From positions 9,672,001 through 9,736,000 of the forward strand of contig OZ004614.1 of assembly GCA_963924565.1 (NCBI GenBank): DNA of 64,000 bases, read 5' to 3'. Position 1 is the first letter of the stretch. Each line of letters begins with the position of its first letter. The translations under genes and the position numbers were made by a program. The notes under the pieces are model-generated. The model saw only the letters and a list, made by a program, of their open reading frames with translations, searched no databases and was not told the DNA's origin. Shown here in pieces: positions 62,672 to 64,000 of the stretch. This DNA is from Ascidiella aspersa (lineage: Eukaryota).

Positions 62672-63860
62672 GTGGGAACTAACAAGCTCATCGTAGCCTA
62701 GGATGAGTTAACGGTTTGCGAAAAAGCTATAGTTAAACGCTTCACGCTTGATCGACGCTTAAGGACCTGTTCGTAAAAACTTCCCGTTATGGCAAAGCGT
62801 TTGTATACAATTAAATGGGATGTAAAAGACGTGTTAAGTAAAATACATTTTCTGCAATTACCATAATGATGAAACGATTGTCAAAGTTTAATTCCACAGT
62901 CGAGAATTCATTAAGAAATCTTTAAAATAAAAAGCCCACTTTACAAGAATTTTTAACAATAAAACTTTTTGCATAGCAGTTTGTTTAACCACGTTAACCT
63001 AACTGATTGTGAAATTTTTTTGGAACCAATAGACATTAAACCTTGGTAAGAAGGATGTGCTCCGACCAATATAATTTAGAAGAAGCTATTTACTATCGAT
63101 TTGAGAAAATATGCTCTAAAAGTAAAAAAAATCGCAATACTAAACATTAAGTCAATCATGGTCATGCCCAACCCAACTGACCGGCAAACAAGGTTATACT
63201 TAACGAAAAACAAAGGTTATACTTAGATAAACACACTGGTTGACTATTGCCAATTTTTCATGGGAGGTCGCAGCGCTTTTCATGCGCATTTACACTTAAA
63301 TAGACCATATGATATGGCCGAGCCCTACACAGTGTTAACACCTGTAGCCATATATAGCGGACACACGTTAGATTTAGACGTAAATTATACATTTAGATGA
63401 TAATCAAGTGGCACTGTTCAACGAAAAAATTCGTCCAATACGAAATTAGTCTTTCAGCACAGCGACTTTCATTAACCCTTTTATGTTAAAGTATACAACA
63501 GATTGCTGTAATTAAATATGGCGGCCGCAACGACCGTTGGTTTGCATTTATAGCTTTTATGAAGGTTTCTAAGGACGGCGAGCGCTTCAAACTCATACTG
63601 TTACTATTTATGTAACAGCGTGTTTTTTTAAACATTTCACGCAAATGGTATGTTTTTGTTAGCCCTACTTTATTTGGTGATCGAAGCCATGGGGCAAAAT
63701 ATATTCGCTCTTATTTCTGCCAGATCCTTAAATTTTTCACCTTAAAATGTTTCTATTTATCCTGTTTATAAAGATTATAGTGAATGCGGATCCGCGTCAA
63801 GTAATCTTAAACACGTTCATTTAAATCCACGCTTGAATAACCTTTCAAAATTCATGTCAG

Positions 63861-64000
63861 GTCGCTTTGGACTTGGCCTCCTTGAATCTGCAAAGAGGCC
63901 GCGACCACGCACTTCCCCTGTACAACGACTGGCGCGTTCTGTGCAACCTTACCCGGGCAGAAACATTCGACGACTTGGCCGGTGAAATAAGCAACGCAAC
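63861..64000 (+). CDS. TPO: TPO-like exon 13 (runs off the window)
   Basis: [30 protein letters not shown]..., the DLAS-N-QRGRDH peroxidase signature. Confidence 0.96.

Noticed and set aside
1-64000. CRISPR array or prokaryotic operon/defence system
   Set aside because: No regularly spaced repeat-spacer array. The DNA is intron-containing eukaryotic sequence, and the palindromic repeats are MITE subterminal motifs.
48589-64000. Calling the peroxidase peroxidasin or myeloperoxidase
   Set aside because: No LRR/Ig exons between the signal peptide and the propeptide, no sulfonium Met, and WGQYIDHD fits TPO. The C-terminal CCP/EGF/TM domains that would confirm TPO lie outside the window.

Overview
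AT-rich animal genomic DNA, most likely an ascidian/tunicate (inferred from gene content, not proven). Three coding units are supported. (1) A two-exon orphan seven-transmembrane receptor-like gene (23276-26060, +, 382 aa) with a WLRQR motif where class A GPCRs have DRY. (2) An intact, very young Ty3/gypsy LTR retrotransposon of the CsRN1 lineage (37311-41647) with near-identical LTRs, a CACT target-site duplication (TSD), a tRNA-Trp primer-binding site, a CHCC gag and a -1 frameshift signal. (3) The 5' part (13 phase-consistent exons, about 616 codons) of a thyroid-peroxidase-like heme peroxidase gene (48589 to beyond 64000, +). The rest is dense with non-autonomous hAT MITEs with 8-bp TSDs (some nested), transposase relics, microsatellites and several minimal hammerhead-ribozyme-like motifs of the Penelope-retroelement type. 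No CRISPR array, rRNA or tRNA gene was found. I see no unambiguous new biological system. The best leads are the hammerhead-bearing repeats, the orphan receptor, an unusual His next to the heme-linking Glu of the peroxidase, and an internal cassette that is inverted between two related MITEs.
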